Assembly: GCA_963674865.2 (NCBI GenBank) | Contig: CAXXYE010000010.1 | Location: 70,732 to 134,731 of the forward strand | Length of the DNA: 64,000 nucleotides | Direction: 5' to 3' | DNA from: Candidatus Hydrogenedentota bacterium | GTDB taxonomy: Bacteria; Hydrogenedentota; Hydrogenedentia; Hydrogenedentales; SLHB01 | In this document: piece by piece, positions 47,637 through 57,332 of the stretch | How the letters are laid out: every line of letters starts with the position of its first letter | How positions within the stretch are numbered: position 1 is the first letter of the stretch | Notes under the pieces: model-generated | What the model saw: the letters and a program-made list of their open reading frames with translations, nothing else | Told to the model about the DNA's origin: nothing | Databases searched by the model: none | Translations under genes and position numbers: made by a program

Positions 47637-49853
47637 GTGCGAACCGCTCTCTTGTATGCGGCGGCATTTCTTGCCCTTGTGGTTGTGGTCATTCTAGCCG
47701 GATTCTGGCTCGGCGGGCTCGGCATCTCGCGGCCGCCCGCGGCTGCGCCCGGCATCGCGGCCAGCGAGCCATCGTCGGCCGACGCCTCATCCGGCCCGCA
47801 CGAAGCGGCGCCTGCCGTGACGGCGCCTCTCTATCTCTCTCTCGGCCCCTGTCTTCGGGCCGATCCCAATGCGGCGGCCGATGAAATCCGCATGGCCTCC
47901 GCGGCGGGCATTCACCAGTATGTCATCTCGACGCGCCTAACCTGGGAGCCGGGCGATGCCCCCCTTGACGAGCTGCGGGACGCGCTCAGTCTTCTTGCGT
48001 CCAGTGACGCGCAGGCGGAGGCCATGCTGCGGGTGACGCTGGATCCGTCCCCCGCGTGGCTGGACGCGCACCCGGAGGCGGCGGCCGTTCTGGAAGGCCA
48101 AATGCCCGCCCGTGTGTCTATCGCCTCGGAGGCTTGGCTGGCGGCGGCCCTGGATGGGCTGGACGAGCTTGCCGGCCGGAAGACGCGCGTTCCAATACGA
48201 GGCTACATTGTCTCTTGCCTTGAGCAAGGCGCTTGGATTCTCGCGGACGGCTATGATCGCTCTGAGGCGAACACGGCGGCCTTCCGCGCCTGGCTGTCGG
48301 AGCGCTACGATGACGAGGCCCTCCAGGCGGCCTGGGCCGATGAGGCGATCACCCTCGCCTCCGCCTCCGTGCCGGACAAGCCCGCAAGCTCCGGCACGGA
48401 ATCCGTGTTCTTCGAGTTGCCCGCGGAGCGTCCCTTTGCGGATTACCTTGAGTTTCTGTCGGACTTCACGGCGAGCACGATTGCGTGGATAGCCGAGCAT
48501 GTCAAAGACAAGGCCGGGCCGGATGTCCTTGTGCTTGCCCCCTACGGCTACTCTTTCGAGGTCCCTGGCAATGACGCCGGGCATTTTGCGCTGCGTACGC
48601 TTATGGATAGCGGTGTCGATGGCTTTGTCAGTCCGATGTCCTACACCAACCGCGGCGTTGGGGGCACAGGCGGATTCATGGGGCCCGTAGACAGCGCCCG
48701 GTTGCACGGAAAGCGTTGGCTCGTGATAGACGATACACGCACCGGGATAGCCATGGGCCATGACGATGAGGCCGCCGCTCACGCGGCGCGTGTCCCCGTG
48801 GAAAACGTGTATGGCGTTCAGGCGCGCACCTTTGCGGCGGCCTTGACGCATGAACTGGGCCTTGTCTGGGCCGATCTCGAACCTTGTGGCCAGTTGTGCG
48901 ATGAGGACATGTGGCGCCGCTTTGAGCGGATGCGCGATGTCTATACGATTCATTGCGCCGCTGCCGGAGCGTCGGAGGCCCAGCCCACACGGCTTCTCCG
49001 CGAGCCGAAGGGGGAGGCCGCCTTAGCCGTCGTTGTGGATGAAGCCGCGCGCTTCTTCCAGAGGTGCGATCGCGATGTCAACGCCGCGCTCCTCCGAGCG
49101 GTGGCCGACTGCGCCCTTCAGGCTGGATGTCCGGTGCACTTCTATTTGCTTGACGATGTACTCAACGCGCCCGCGCCACTCGCCGCCGTCTATCTTTTCG
49201 TGAACGCGTTTCACCTGTCCCGGGATGAGCGCGACTTGCTCCACGCGCGTTTGGCCGAGAATGGCGCGGCCGCCCTCTGGCTGTATGCGCCAGGGTACTT
49301 CGATGAGACGGCTGCCGAGGAGAATATCAGCGCCACCACCGGGATGACTGTCAAGGCGTTCGATGGCCCTGCCGTCGCGGGTTCCATCTGCCAATTGCCC
49401 CAACGGTGGGTTCGGGAGAACGAGCCGCTGGGCTCGCAGCGCACGTGGTCGCCGCTATTCTACATTGAAGACGAGGAAGCCAGCGTTGTTGCCAAGTATG
49501 GTGACTCCGAGCGCGTCAGTGCGGCGATAGCCTTCCTCGAAGCGGGGTGGACTTCCGTCTACATCGCCGAGCCGGCCCTGTCGCCCTCGCTGCTTCGCGA
49601 GATCCTCCAGATCTTCGAGAAGCATGTGTATGTCGGGATGACGCCGGCGCGGCTCTACGACACGATTCATCTCGGAAGCGACCTCATCGCTATTCACGCC
49701 CAGGGCGCCGGCGAGCGCCTCATCGAGCTGACTCAGACGGCTGACGTGACGGATCTGCTCGATCCCGCCGCCGGATGGCCGAGGAAGCGTACCTTCAAGC
49801 TACCTCTCGAGCCCGGACAGACGCGTCTTCTCAAGTTGAAGGCCGTTGAATAG
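47637..49853 (+). CDS. Membrane-anchored GH42/beta-galactosidase-like hypothetical protein
   Basis: N-terminal TM; AFRAWLSERY...AW segment, SPMSY, DDTRT; trimerisation-like C-terminal domain. Confidence 0.55.
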   Translation: MRTALLYAAAFLALVVVVILAGFWLGGLGISRPPAAAPGIAASEPSSADASSGPHEAAPAVTAPLYLSLGPCLRADPNAAADEIRMASAAGIHQYVISTRLTWEPGDAPLDELRDALSLLASSDAQAEAMLRVTLDPSPAWLDAHPEAAAVLEGQMPARVSIASEAWLAAALDGLDELAGRKTRVPIRGYIVSCLEQGAWILADGYDRSEANTAAFRAWLSERYDDEALQAAWADEAITLASASVPDKPASSGTESVFFELPAERPFADYLEFLSDFTASTIAWIAEHVKDKAGPDVLVLAPYGYSFEVPGNDAGHFALRTLMDSGVDGFVSPMSYTNRGVGGTGGFMGPVDSARLHGKRWLVIDDTRTGIAMGHDDEAAAHAARVPVENVYGVQARTFAAALTHELGLVWADLEPCGQLCDEDMWRRFERMRDVYTIHCAAAGASEAQPTRLLREPKGEAALAVVVDEAARFFQRCDRDVNAALLRAVADCALQAGCPVHFYLLDDVLNAPAPLAAVYLFVNAFHLSRDERDLLHARLAENGAAALWLYAPGYFDETAAEENISATTGMTVKAFDGPAVAGSICQLPQRWVRENEPLGSQRTWSPLFYIEDEEASVVAKYGDSERVSAAIAFLEAGWTSVYIAEPALSPSLLREILQIFEKHVYVGMTPARLYDTIHLGSDLIAIHAQGAGERLIELTQTADVTDLLDPAAGWPRKRTFKLPLEPGQTRLLKLKAVE

Positions 49854-49949
49854 GGGACGCGCTGAGTCCGCGGTAGGTGACGCAGGTGGCCGGGAAGGTC
49901 GTGCAGGACGAGACGTGCGGGCAGGGCGCCTGGGCTGTTTGTCTCATTT

Positions 49950-50010
49950 CACCACAAAGTCACAAAGACACGAAGCCGACGAGGATCTTCATGCCTTCGT
50001 GCCTTGCTGA
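49950..50010. repeat. Imperfect palindrome of 8-nt periodic units
   Basis: CACAAAGT CACAAAGA CACGAAG ... CTTCATGC CTTCGTGC CTTGCTG. Confidence 0.55.
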
Positions 50011-50077
50011 CGGACATTCTCCGGCACGCCATGCAGAGCGCCGCACGGCCTCGTGCCGGCATAGGGATGTGAGCGTC

Positions 50078-51308
50078 CTGAGTACTCCCCAGTTTGGTTC
50101 TATGTAGGTGCGTAGACCAATCTAGCGATGGCCATAGCAACGGTGGTTCGTCCGATGAATTCGATGAAGTGGTTTCCTGTGGCGGCGAGGGAGAGGGCTC
50201 TGTTCTCGGCGGTGTTTGCTTTGAGTTGTTCGCCGAAGTCTTTGGTTTCGGCGAAGGCGCCGAAGGCGCACAGAAGAATGAAGGCAAGCATGACGATGAT
50301 GAAGTGCACAGCGGTGCGCTGGCGGGAGGTGAGTTTCACTTCGTCCATGCCGAGCCCCCATTTGCGGTTCTTCAGATCTCGAAACATCATTTCAGTCCAC
50401 CAGCGCTTCGCGTAGATGGATGTGATGGCCCGGGCCTCGCGATCTTCAATGTTTGTAATGAGATACCACGGCTCGTCGGCCTCCCAACCGAAGACGGTGA
50501 CCAGCCGAAAGGGCGTCTTGTTGTCGGCGTCCTTTTCTCCCATCGTGCCCCAGCCCCAGTCTTTGGGGCGATAGCCTCGCCGTATCCCCAGTTCGGGGAG
50601 GGTGCCGATGTGGTGCTCGGTTTCGACCCAATGATTCTTGGACAGACGCTGCACAAAGCACCATCCCCAGTTTGTGACATCGCGTATCCAGCGCTCGTTT
50701 CCGAAGCCCCGGTCGGCCACGATAATCGGAGTCACGCCGGGCGGACACATGGCGTGCAGGTCTCGCAGAATCTCTCGTTCAGCTTGGATGAGAGCCCCTT
50801 CACTTTCCGTCCCGAATTTGGTCGAATCGATGGAGATGGCGTGGAACGGCATAGAGCGGCCGTCTTGGGGAATGGAGAGAACCAGTTGTTCGAAGGCACC
50901 GCGATCCGTCCAATCGACCAGGACCAAGGGCCGTCGGTCTTGGCCTCGCAGGATGTTGAACAACGCCTTGGCAATGGCGAAGGCTTCCACCTGCTCATTG
51001 CCTAAGAAGCGATCCACCCTTTTAATACGGTGCTTTGCGAGTGCCGGGCCATCCATGGCGCGTCCCAACGCCAACACGCCGACCCCTTTCATCTTCATGG
51101 CTCCTGCCGCGATATGGGCCAGCGTCTTGCGTCGCGACCGTCGCACCTCTTGCAGATTCCGGTCGAACCACTTCATAATCTTGCTCGGGCCAAACATGAA
51201 AAATCCTCCTGCTGACGACGGTTTTGGTCGACTTTCGCCAGTATACAGGTCGGAAACTCGTGTTTGGCCCTTATTCATGCACCTATCGCAAAACTGGGGA
51301 TCACTTAG
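50078..51308 (-). mobile_element. IS4-like insertion sequence, copy 2 (1231 bp, inverted, apparently identical to copy 1)
   Basis: Same IRs; 9-bp TSD GTGAGCGTC (50069-50077, 51309-51317); same translated ORFs. Confidence 0.92.
50100..51197 (-). CDS. IS4-like DDE transposase (copy 2)
   Basis: Protein identical to that at 37060-38157. Confidence 0.92.
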   Translation of the reverse strand: MFGPSKIMKWFDRNLQEVRRSRRKTLAHIAAGAMKMKGVGVLALGRAMDGPALAKHRIKRVDRFLGNEQVEAFAIAKALFNILRGQDRRPLVLVDWTDRGAFEQLVLSIPQDGRSMPFHAISIDSTKFGTESEGALIQAEREILRDLHAMCPPGVTPIIVADRGFGNERWIRDVTNWGWCFVQRLSKNHWVETEHHIGTLPELGIRRGYRPKDWGWGTMGEKDADNKTPFRLVTVFGWEADEPWYLITNIEDREARAITSIYAKRWWTEMMFRDLKNRKWGLGMDEVKLTSRQRTAVHFIIVMLAFILLCAFGAFAETKDFGEQLKANTAENRALSLAATGNHFIEFIGRTTVAMAIARLVYAPT

Positions 51309-51389
51309 GTGAGCGTCCTGTTGCGTTCTTTGCACATGGCTTACTACAATGAACGTGACGCGTTCTCGGGGCGTCTATCTATGGGGGGA

Positions 51390-51722
51390 ATGGCTATGCA
51401 TCTTTGGCGGCATTGGAGGCACGGCTGGGTGGTGTTGGTGCGGTTTCTCTATTTCTGGTTACTAACATCCATAGTCTGCATCCCGGCCCTTCTTCTCAAA
51501 GAGCTTCTGGCTCACGGAGAGGCCCAGCTCTTCAACCAAGACGGCTTCCAGTGGCGTCCCGCGGTGGCTCTACTGGCTTTGCTCATCCTTCTACCCATCG
51601 GCCTGTCCTTCGCGGCGAGGGCTACGGGCTATTTCGGGGGAGAGGCGACGTCAGACAATCAACGGAGATTGCAGACAGTCACGGGAGAATCTGGGGGCGC
51701 ATGGCACCAGAAGTCTGGATAG
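51390..51722 (+). CDS. Small hypothetical membrane protein
   Basis: Two hydrophobic helices; G-rich SD; start uncertain. Confidence 0.45.
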   Translation: MAMHLWRHWRHGWVVLVRFLYFWLLTSIVCIPALLLKELLAHGEAQLFNQDGFQWRPAVALLALLILLPIGLSFAARATGYFGGEATSDNQRRLQTVTGESGGAWHQKSG

Positions 51723-52168
51723 CAGCAATACCAGTTTACCGCTGCAAACCTGCTCAGTTTGAGCGGGAGATGCGTGCGGAAAGAGAACGTTACGGAGAAC
51801 CAGGCTCCGTTTGCCGGGAGTGGTTCGATGACAACAAATGGTATCCACGCGAATTCAACGACGTTGTGGGTTGGATAGAGGTCTATGCGCTTGGAAACCA
51901 AGTGCGGGGAATAGTGTGGTGGGTCACGGCGAAGTCTATCCGACGAACCATGAGGCACAGACATTTCGTCCGGGAAGGTGATCTATTTGAGATTTCTTTC
52001 TGCCCCGATGAGACGGTTGAGGAGATACGCGAAAGAGTCGAGGAGGAGCTTCGGAGGATTCTCAGGCTGCCCAGATATCGGAAACGCTACATCGATATCA
52101 ACAGTTTCCTGGAACTGTCGCGCTTTATCCGGTGGCGTGAATTGCTCCAGAGGACTGTCTCGCTGTAG
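51701..52168 (+). CDS. Hypothetical protein (155 aa)
   Basis: Protein-like composition (AAIPVYR...FNDVVGWIEVY); no family recognised. Confidence 0.55.
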   Translation: MAPEVWIAAIPVYRCKPAQFEREMRAERERYGEPGSVCREWFDDNKWYPREFNDVVGWIEVYALGNQVRGIVWWVTAKSIRRTMRHRHFVREGDLFEISFCPDETVEEIRERVEEELRRILRLPRYRKRYIDINSFLELSRFIRWRELLQRTVSL

Positions 52169-52284
52169 AGGACGCCGACCCCGCTCATAGCACCCGCAAG
52201 GAAGATAGGAGCACAGATCGAGGGAAGGCCCGGGCAACGGATTGCAGCGATAGATTAGGGGCTGCAACGTGGGTCGAGGAGAAA

Positions 52285-52351
52285 CGGACAGGATTTACAT
52301 GATTAACATGATTTTCGGATTGAATCTTGTCAATCTTGTTAATCCTGTCCG
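52285..52351. repeat. Upstream 9-nt-periodic palindrome flanking the GxxExxY gene
   Basis: cggACAGGATTT ACATGATTA ACATGATT ... AATCTTGTC AATCTTGTT AATCCTGTccg. Confidence 0.85.
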
Positions 52352-52366
52352 ATAAGGGGACTTGGG

Positions 52367-52762
52367 ATGGACATCGATGAGTTGACGCACGCGGTAATCG
52401 GATGTGCTTATCGAGTTCATAATGCGTTGGGTGCGGGATTTCTGGAGAAGGTATACGAGAACGCCTTGCGGATGGAGCTTGTCAAAGCAGGTTTGGCGGT
52501 GAAGCAGCAGCATCCAATCCCGGTGATGTACCGCGGGGAGGTAGTGGGCGACTTCTTTGCCGACTTGATTGTTGAAGAGAAACTGATTGTCGAGTTGAAG
52601 GCGGTGCAAGAGGTAGCTGCCGAACATGAAGTCCAACTCGTCAACTACCTGACAGCGATGGCCATCGACGACGGCCTATTGATCAACTTCGGGCCGTCGG
52701 TAACCGTCAAGCGGAAGTACCGGGAATACAGAAAGAGGCAAGAATCGACAGGATTTACATGA
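52367..52762 (+). CDS. GxxExxY protein (PD-(D/E)XK nuclease fold)
   Basis: LGAGFLEKVYENAL, ADLIVE, VELKAV, QLVNYL, GLLINFG. Confidence 0.93.
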   Translation: MDIDELTHAVIGCAYRVHNALGAGFLEKVYENALRMELVKAGLAVKQQHPIPVMYRGEVVGDFFADLIVEEKLIVELKAVQEVAAEHEVQLVNYLTAMAIDDGLLINFGPSVTVKRKYREYRKRQESTGFT

Positions 52763-52810
52763 TTGACATGATTTCCGAATCGCGTCTTGTCAATTCTGTT
52801 GATCCTGTCG
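52746..52810. repeat. Downstream 9-nt-periodic palindrome, overlapping the GxxExxY stop codon
   Basis: cgACAGGATTT ACATGATTG ACATGATT ... GTCTTGTC AATTCTGTT GATCCTGTcg; near-direct repeat of 52285-52351. Confidence 0.85.
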
Positions 52811-52832
52811 TGAACTCTGTCTTGTCCCTTCC

Positions 52833-53765
52833 TTAGTGCATCTCGACTTCGCAGGTGCCGATACCGTGGCGGTAGAAGTTGAACTGGACATTGGGATGAT
52901 CGGCGAGGAGGCTCATTGGCACGGCTGCGTCGGGCAGTTTCTTGCCGATCATGAAGGTGGTCAAGCGCATGCCGAAGGGGTTGTCATGCATGCCGGCTTG
53001 CCAAATAGACACCTTATCGGCCTTCCACGTCTCGACGGGGCCGACGGTGCTCGCCTGGGTGGGCACACCGGTGACGACGCCGCCGCCGGAGGTGCGGGCG
53101 TTCTGCATAACCGTCATCGGGTGCAAGTCCACAACGCGCGTCGCGAGTTTGCGGTATTCCTCGGGTGAGGGCGGGGCGTCTTTGTAAGCGCCTTCGCGCT
53201 TGAGGGGGTCATTGAAGGCCCAATGCTTCACGTCGCCCTGTCCGCCCTGCATGATGGCGCAGCGGATGTTGTCGTAGAGCGCGCTGTAGGCGGCGAGGTC
53301 GCCGGAGGGGAAGTGCATGTTCTCCTCGGGCATGCGTAACTCCGGCCGGATGCGACCGAAGCAGAGTTCCTTGTCGGCTTTCATGAAGGACAGGGGGTGA
53401 TCCGTTCCGACGGGGACGCCGTCAAGCACCCATTCATCCATCCCCCAGAAGTGGGCGCCCTTCTTGGCGAGGTCGAGCCCGATGGCGTTGACAAGCCGGG
53501 CGACAAGCGGAAGCTGTTCGGTAGGGCCGATGGGGCCGCAGATGCCCACGGGATTATCCGGGGTGGATTGCGCCCAGGCTTCGATGTACTCGAGGGCCTC
53601 GGCCAGGTAGAAGTCTTCCAGGGTGTCGTAGAAGACGACGTTAAAGCCATCGCGGGAGCATTGGAGCATATCCTCGGGGGTGAGCTTAGCGACGTCGTTG
53701 ATGAGTTCGTCGTCGAGAGTGGTGAAATCCCACCATTCGGGCGCTACGACACTGAGCTTGCGCAT
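52833..53765 (-). CDS. Glucosamine-6-phosphate isomerase/deaminase-like (NagB superfamily) protein
   Basis: [44 protein letters not shown]. Confidence 0.75.
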   Translation of the reverse strand: MRKLSVVAPEWWDFTTLDDELINDVAKLTPEDMLQCSRDGFNVVFYDTLEDFYLAEALEYIEAWAQSTPDNPVGICGPIGPTEQLPLVARLVNAIGLDLAKKGAHFWGMDEWVLDGVPVGTDHPLSFMKADKELCFGRIRPELRMPEENMHFPSGDLAAYSALYDNIRCAIMQGGQGDVKHWAFNDPLKREGAYKDAPPSPEEYRKLATRVVDLHPMTVMQNARTSGGGVVTGVPTQASTVGPVETWKADKVSIWQAGMHDNPFGMRLTTFMIGKKLPDAAVPMSLLADHPNVQFNFYRHGIGTCEVEMH

Positions 53766-53832
53766 GGGATGAATCTCCTTCTCATTTTCCGGAAGAATCC
53801 TGTGGTGCGCCAAAGGGCCTCCGGTATCTTAC

Positions 53833-56148
53833 TTACTCGATCCGCACGGGGCAAGGGGCCTTGCCCTTGGGCTTGATGCGAACGCTTCCGTCGGCCGCCT
53901 TGGATATCTTGAGCTTGACGACGCCGGCGGGTGTGCGCACCACGGCCGTTTCGCCCGCGGCTTCCTGCACGGGCAGCCAATCGGGGTGGATCACCAGCGC
54001 GCCGTTTTCCCACCGTGCGCCGAGGGTTGCGGCGTCGTAGTAGGGCCGCCCGATGATGGCGTATTGCGGCCGGCCGGAACGTGGGCCTTTGAGGAAGTCT
54101 TCGGCGAGTGCCATCCACTCCTCGAGTTCCGCGGCGAGATCGGGGCGCCCCAGGGCCTGTGCGAGGGGGAGCATGGTGATGATCATCACGTTGGTTTCGT
54201 AATAGAACCAATCGATGAATTTAGCCTCTGACAGGTTCTCCTTCTTGTAGCGGATACCGTCCAGGGCGATCTCCAAAACACGAGCGGCTTTGTCGAGCGT
54301 GGCTTGCCGCTCCTCGGCCGGGAGCACGTCCGATTCCTGAAGCAGCGTCTCGACGGCCGTCCGCACGAGGACGAGGTCGGCGAAACCACGGCCGTCGGGC
54401 TCATTGTAGTTGCCGATGCCGTTCGGGCCGACGCCCATCTGATGGCCGGGCAACTCATTCGGGTCGTCAAAGGTGGCGAGGCTCTTGTGAACAATGTCCA
54501 GTGCGTTTTCGAGATAGTAGGGGCGGCGCGTGTACTCGTAGAGCATGACGAGGCCGGACGTCGGCCATGTGCCGCGCCCGATGCTCCGCGTCGGCCACAC
54601 GGCGCGGAACTGGGCGTAGTAGCCGTTGGCCACGTGCTCGGCGGTTTCGAGGAGGTAGGGGTCGCCCGTCTCCAAGTAGGCCCAGATGATGTCGTTGAAC
54701 TTGTTGTACGTGATCGTCTTCCAGTAGTAGCCGGTGAAAGGCTGGCGGACGCTCCAGTCGACGTGATCCGTCATGATGTCGGCCCAGCAGTAGGCGTAGG
54801 ACAGGCCGCGTGCGAGATGGTAGGGATCTTCCGAGAACATGGCCGAGAAGATGAGTGCTGAGCCGCCCTGTCCTTCCGACGCCTGATCGGAATAGCCCGC
54901 CTCGAAAGTGCCGTCGTAGCGCGGATCAGGCCGGGCGATGCTTGCGGCGATCTGGTGCGACGTCTGCGCGAAGCGCCACTCGACGGGCAGGTTCTCCCCG
55001 GGCCAGAGTTCGCCGCTAATAGCGTACAGCCAAGAGGGCGCCAGGAGCCGGGCCACCTTTGGCGGGGCGTTGGAGAGGCTGAGGGTGAACCGAACGGTTC
55101 GGGCGAGCCCGCGCAGCATGGTGGCGTCGCCAATGTCCACGACGAACTCTTTGCCGAAAGTGCGCACCTTATCGGTAACGCGCTGATCCTGGTACGGCTG
55201 GTATACAGTGAGTCCTTCATGGGCGTACAGGCGGCCCGGGTGCTTTTCGCTGACGAATTCCGCGGATTCGGCCACGTCGAGGGCGGCCGTCCCGAGAGCG
55301 AAGCGTGTCTCCGAGCCGTCGAGGTCCATGTCGGCGTGCGCGGAACCGGCGCCGATGCCGATGACGGGAATGCCGAAGTACTCCCAGCCGTCTCCGATGA
55401 CACGCGTGTTGACGAAGTGGGCGTAGATGCGGGCGACGCCGTTGCCGAAGAGTTCGAGGTACACGTCCGCGAACAGGAAGGTGTCTTCGTTGTACAGGAA
55501 TCCGCCCGCTCGGACGAGGGTGAGTTCAGGCGATTCGAGCAGCGTGTCGAGGGCGATCCACTGCCACCAGTCATGGGCGCCTGCGAAGGCCGATGAGTCG
55601 TGGAACTTGTCGCGCCGTGTGCCGAAGCGCAGCGTGATCTCTTTGCCCCCGTAGCCAAGCACGAGATCGTCATATCGTGAGAACGACTCGGCGTTGCTCC
55701 CGCCGCGCAGAACGACCTTGTAACCCGTCCAATCATTTGTCTTGAAAGCACGCCGCGACACCGTCCAGGGGGATGTCCCCGGCGCTGGGGTGGCGGCGGA
55801 CGACGTAACCGTCAGCTTGGGCGCCGTCCCGATGGGCTTGTCGCCGGCCAGGGAGACAAGCACGCGGCGGGGCACTTGGCCGCGTTCCCACCAGCCGATG
55901 GGCCGGGCCACGGCCTCCTTCCCGGCCAGCTCGAAGGATGGCGCGCTGCCGCTCGCGTAGAGCTCCTTCGCCGCTTCGGCAGGCAAGGGAAGCGAAATCA
56001 CGGCATTCCAAGCGTCGGCTTGATTCGGTGCGACAATCAAGGGCACGTCGGCCGAAAGGGGAGAGGAGTCGGCCAGGGCCATCGGCGCGAATAGCCACAG
56101 CCCGATGCAATACGCGCCGGCTGCCAGCCTCAAAGTGTGTTTCTGCAT
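53833..56148 (-). CDS. Large secreted hypothetical protein with a possible (alpha/alpha) toroid domain
   Basis: Signal peptide; YLETGDPYLL and LYEYTRRPYYL helical-hairpin repeats. Confidence 0.65.
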   Translation of the reverse strand: MQKHTLRLAAGAYCIGLWLFAPMALADSSPLSADVPLIVAPNQADAWNAVISLPLPAEAAKELYASGSAPSFELAGKEAVARPIGWWERGQVPRRVLVSLAGDKPIGTAPKLTVTSSAATPAPGTSPWTVSRRAFKTNDWTGYKVVLRGGSNAESFSRYDDLVLGYGGKEITLRFGTRRDKFHDSSAFAGAHDWWQWIALDTLLESPELTLVRAGGFLYNEDTFLFADVYLELFGNGVARIYAHFVNTRVIGDGWEYFGIPVIGIGAGSAHADMDLDGSETRFALGTAALDVAESAEFVSEKHPGRLYAHEGLTVYQPYQDQRVTDKVRTFGKEFVVDIGDATMLRGLARTVRFTLSLSNAPPKVARLLAPSWLYAISGELWPGENLPVEWRFAQTSHQIAASIARPDPRYDGTFEAGYSDQASEGQGGSALIFSAMFSEDPYHLARGLSYAYCWADIMTDHVDWSVRQPFTGYYWKTITYNKFNDIIWAYLETGDPYLLETAEHVANGYYAQFRAVWPTRSIGRGTWPTSGLVMLYEYTRRPYYLENALDIVHKSLATFDDPNELPGHQMGVGPNGIGNYNEPDGRGFADLVLVRTAVETLLQESDVLPAEERQATLDKAARVLEIALDGIRYKKENLSEAKFIDWFYYETNVMIITMLPLAQALGRPDLAAELEEWMALAEDFLKGPRSGRPQYAIIGRPYYDAATLGARWENGALVIHPDWLPVQEAAGETAVVRTPAGVVKLKISKAADGSVRIKPKGKAPCPVRIE

Positions 56149-56195
56149 GGCGATACTCCTATCTGGTTCTCGGCACTGGACACGCAGGCGCGTGA

Positions 56196-57266
56196 TCACT
56201 CGTAGGAGCCCAGCTCCTTGGCCAGATTCACGATGTGGCGGAAGTTCTCAAGGCTCACACTGGACGGCACGGAGTGATCGGACGAGAAGACGTATCCGCC
56301 GGATTCCTTCATTACAGGTACGACGCGGCGCATCTCCTCTGTGATGGCGTCTACGTCATCCCATAAGACGGCGTTGATGCCGCCGTGGAAGACAAGGTCA
56401 TCGCCGTAGTCGCGTTTGAGTTGAACTGGATTCATGCCGGCTTTCACTTCGAGCGGATTGAGGGCGTCGAGGCCGATATCGATGAACTCCGGCACGAAGG
56501 GATTGACGTCGCCGCAGGAGTGAAGCTCGGCCTTGACGCCCTTGGCGTGAGCCCATTCGATGGCGCGCTTGTGCACGGGTTTCAGAATGTTGCGGTACGT
56601 GTCCACTGAGAAGAACTGGTTATGCTTGAAGCCCATGTCATCCGGCCAATTGACGGCGTCGAACTCATAGCCCTCCTCCCAGATCATGTCCAGCAGCGCG
56701 AGATCAACGTCGAGAAAGTGGCTGAACATGTCCATGCACCATTCCGGATCGGCGATGAGGGCCATGAGAATGCGCTCGGTGCCCACCATCCAGGAATGAG
56801 TGACGTCAAATCCGAACCACAGCCCCGCGACGATCCAGTCGCCGCGCTTGCGCCAGAGCTTGTAGTCGCTCTTGAGATAATCCCAATTGACGCGGTCGCG
56901 CGTGGGGGTCATGCGGGCTTTGGTCTTCTCCCAGGAGTCGCGATCGACCACCGTGTAATCGAGGAACTCGGGCGTGGAGGCCGCGTGCTTCCAGCTCCGA
57001 AGGGTCACGCCCCAACTGGTGGTGCTGATGGTGTACTCCTCCGTTTCCTCGATCACCTTCCCCTCGTAGCGAGGGCTGTTGTCGGCGTTGATACGGGGCA
57101 CGTGGTCGAGGCCAAAGAAATCGACGAAGTTGACATCTTCCGGCATGCCCTCTCGACGCCACCGCTCGATGGTGGACCTCCACGGGCCGTCAATGATGGG
57201 GATGCGGTCGGCATCCCGATGCTCGTACATACGCGCAAAACGTTCTCTCGTTGACAGTTGCGTCAT
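56196..57266 (-). CDS. Uroporphyrinogen decarboxylase/methyltransferase-family protein
   Basis: STRERF...DRIP, DDMG, HSCGDV, FHGGI, GGYVFSSDHSVP. Confidence 0.85.
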   Translation of the reverse strand: MTQLSTRERFARMYEHRDADRIPIIDGPWRSTIERWRREGMPEDVNFVDFFGLDHVPRINADNSPRYEGKVIEETEEYTISTTSWGVTLRSWKHAASTPEFLDYTVVDRDSWEKTKARMTPTRDRVNWDYLKSDYKLWRKRGDWIVAGLWFGFDVTHSWMVGTERILMALIADPEWCMDMFSHFLDVDLALLDMIWEEGYEFDAVNWPDDMGFKHNQFFSVDTYRNILKPVHKRAIEWAHAKGVKAELHSCGDVNPFVPEFIDIGLDALNPLEVKAGMNPVQLKRDYGDDLVFHGGINAVLWDDVDAITEEMRRVVPVMKESGGYVFSSDHSVPSSVSLENFRHIVNLAKELGSYE

Positions 57267-57332
57267 TCTCGACTCTCCCCATATTGCTGTCGTGCGGCGC
57301 CTCTTCCGTCTGAAAGGCCCAACATTATAGGT

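Noticed and set aside
36949..51308. An already-transposed composite transposon carrying the RT
   Set aside because: Each IS has its own distinct TSD and the outer flanks do not match each other, so these are independent insertions
52285..52810. CRISPR mini-array
   Set aside because: Only two long repeats separated by a full gene; no spacer periodicity and no cas genes
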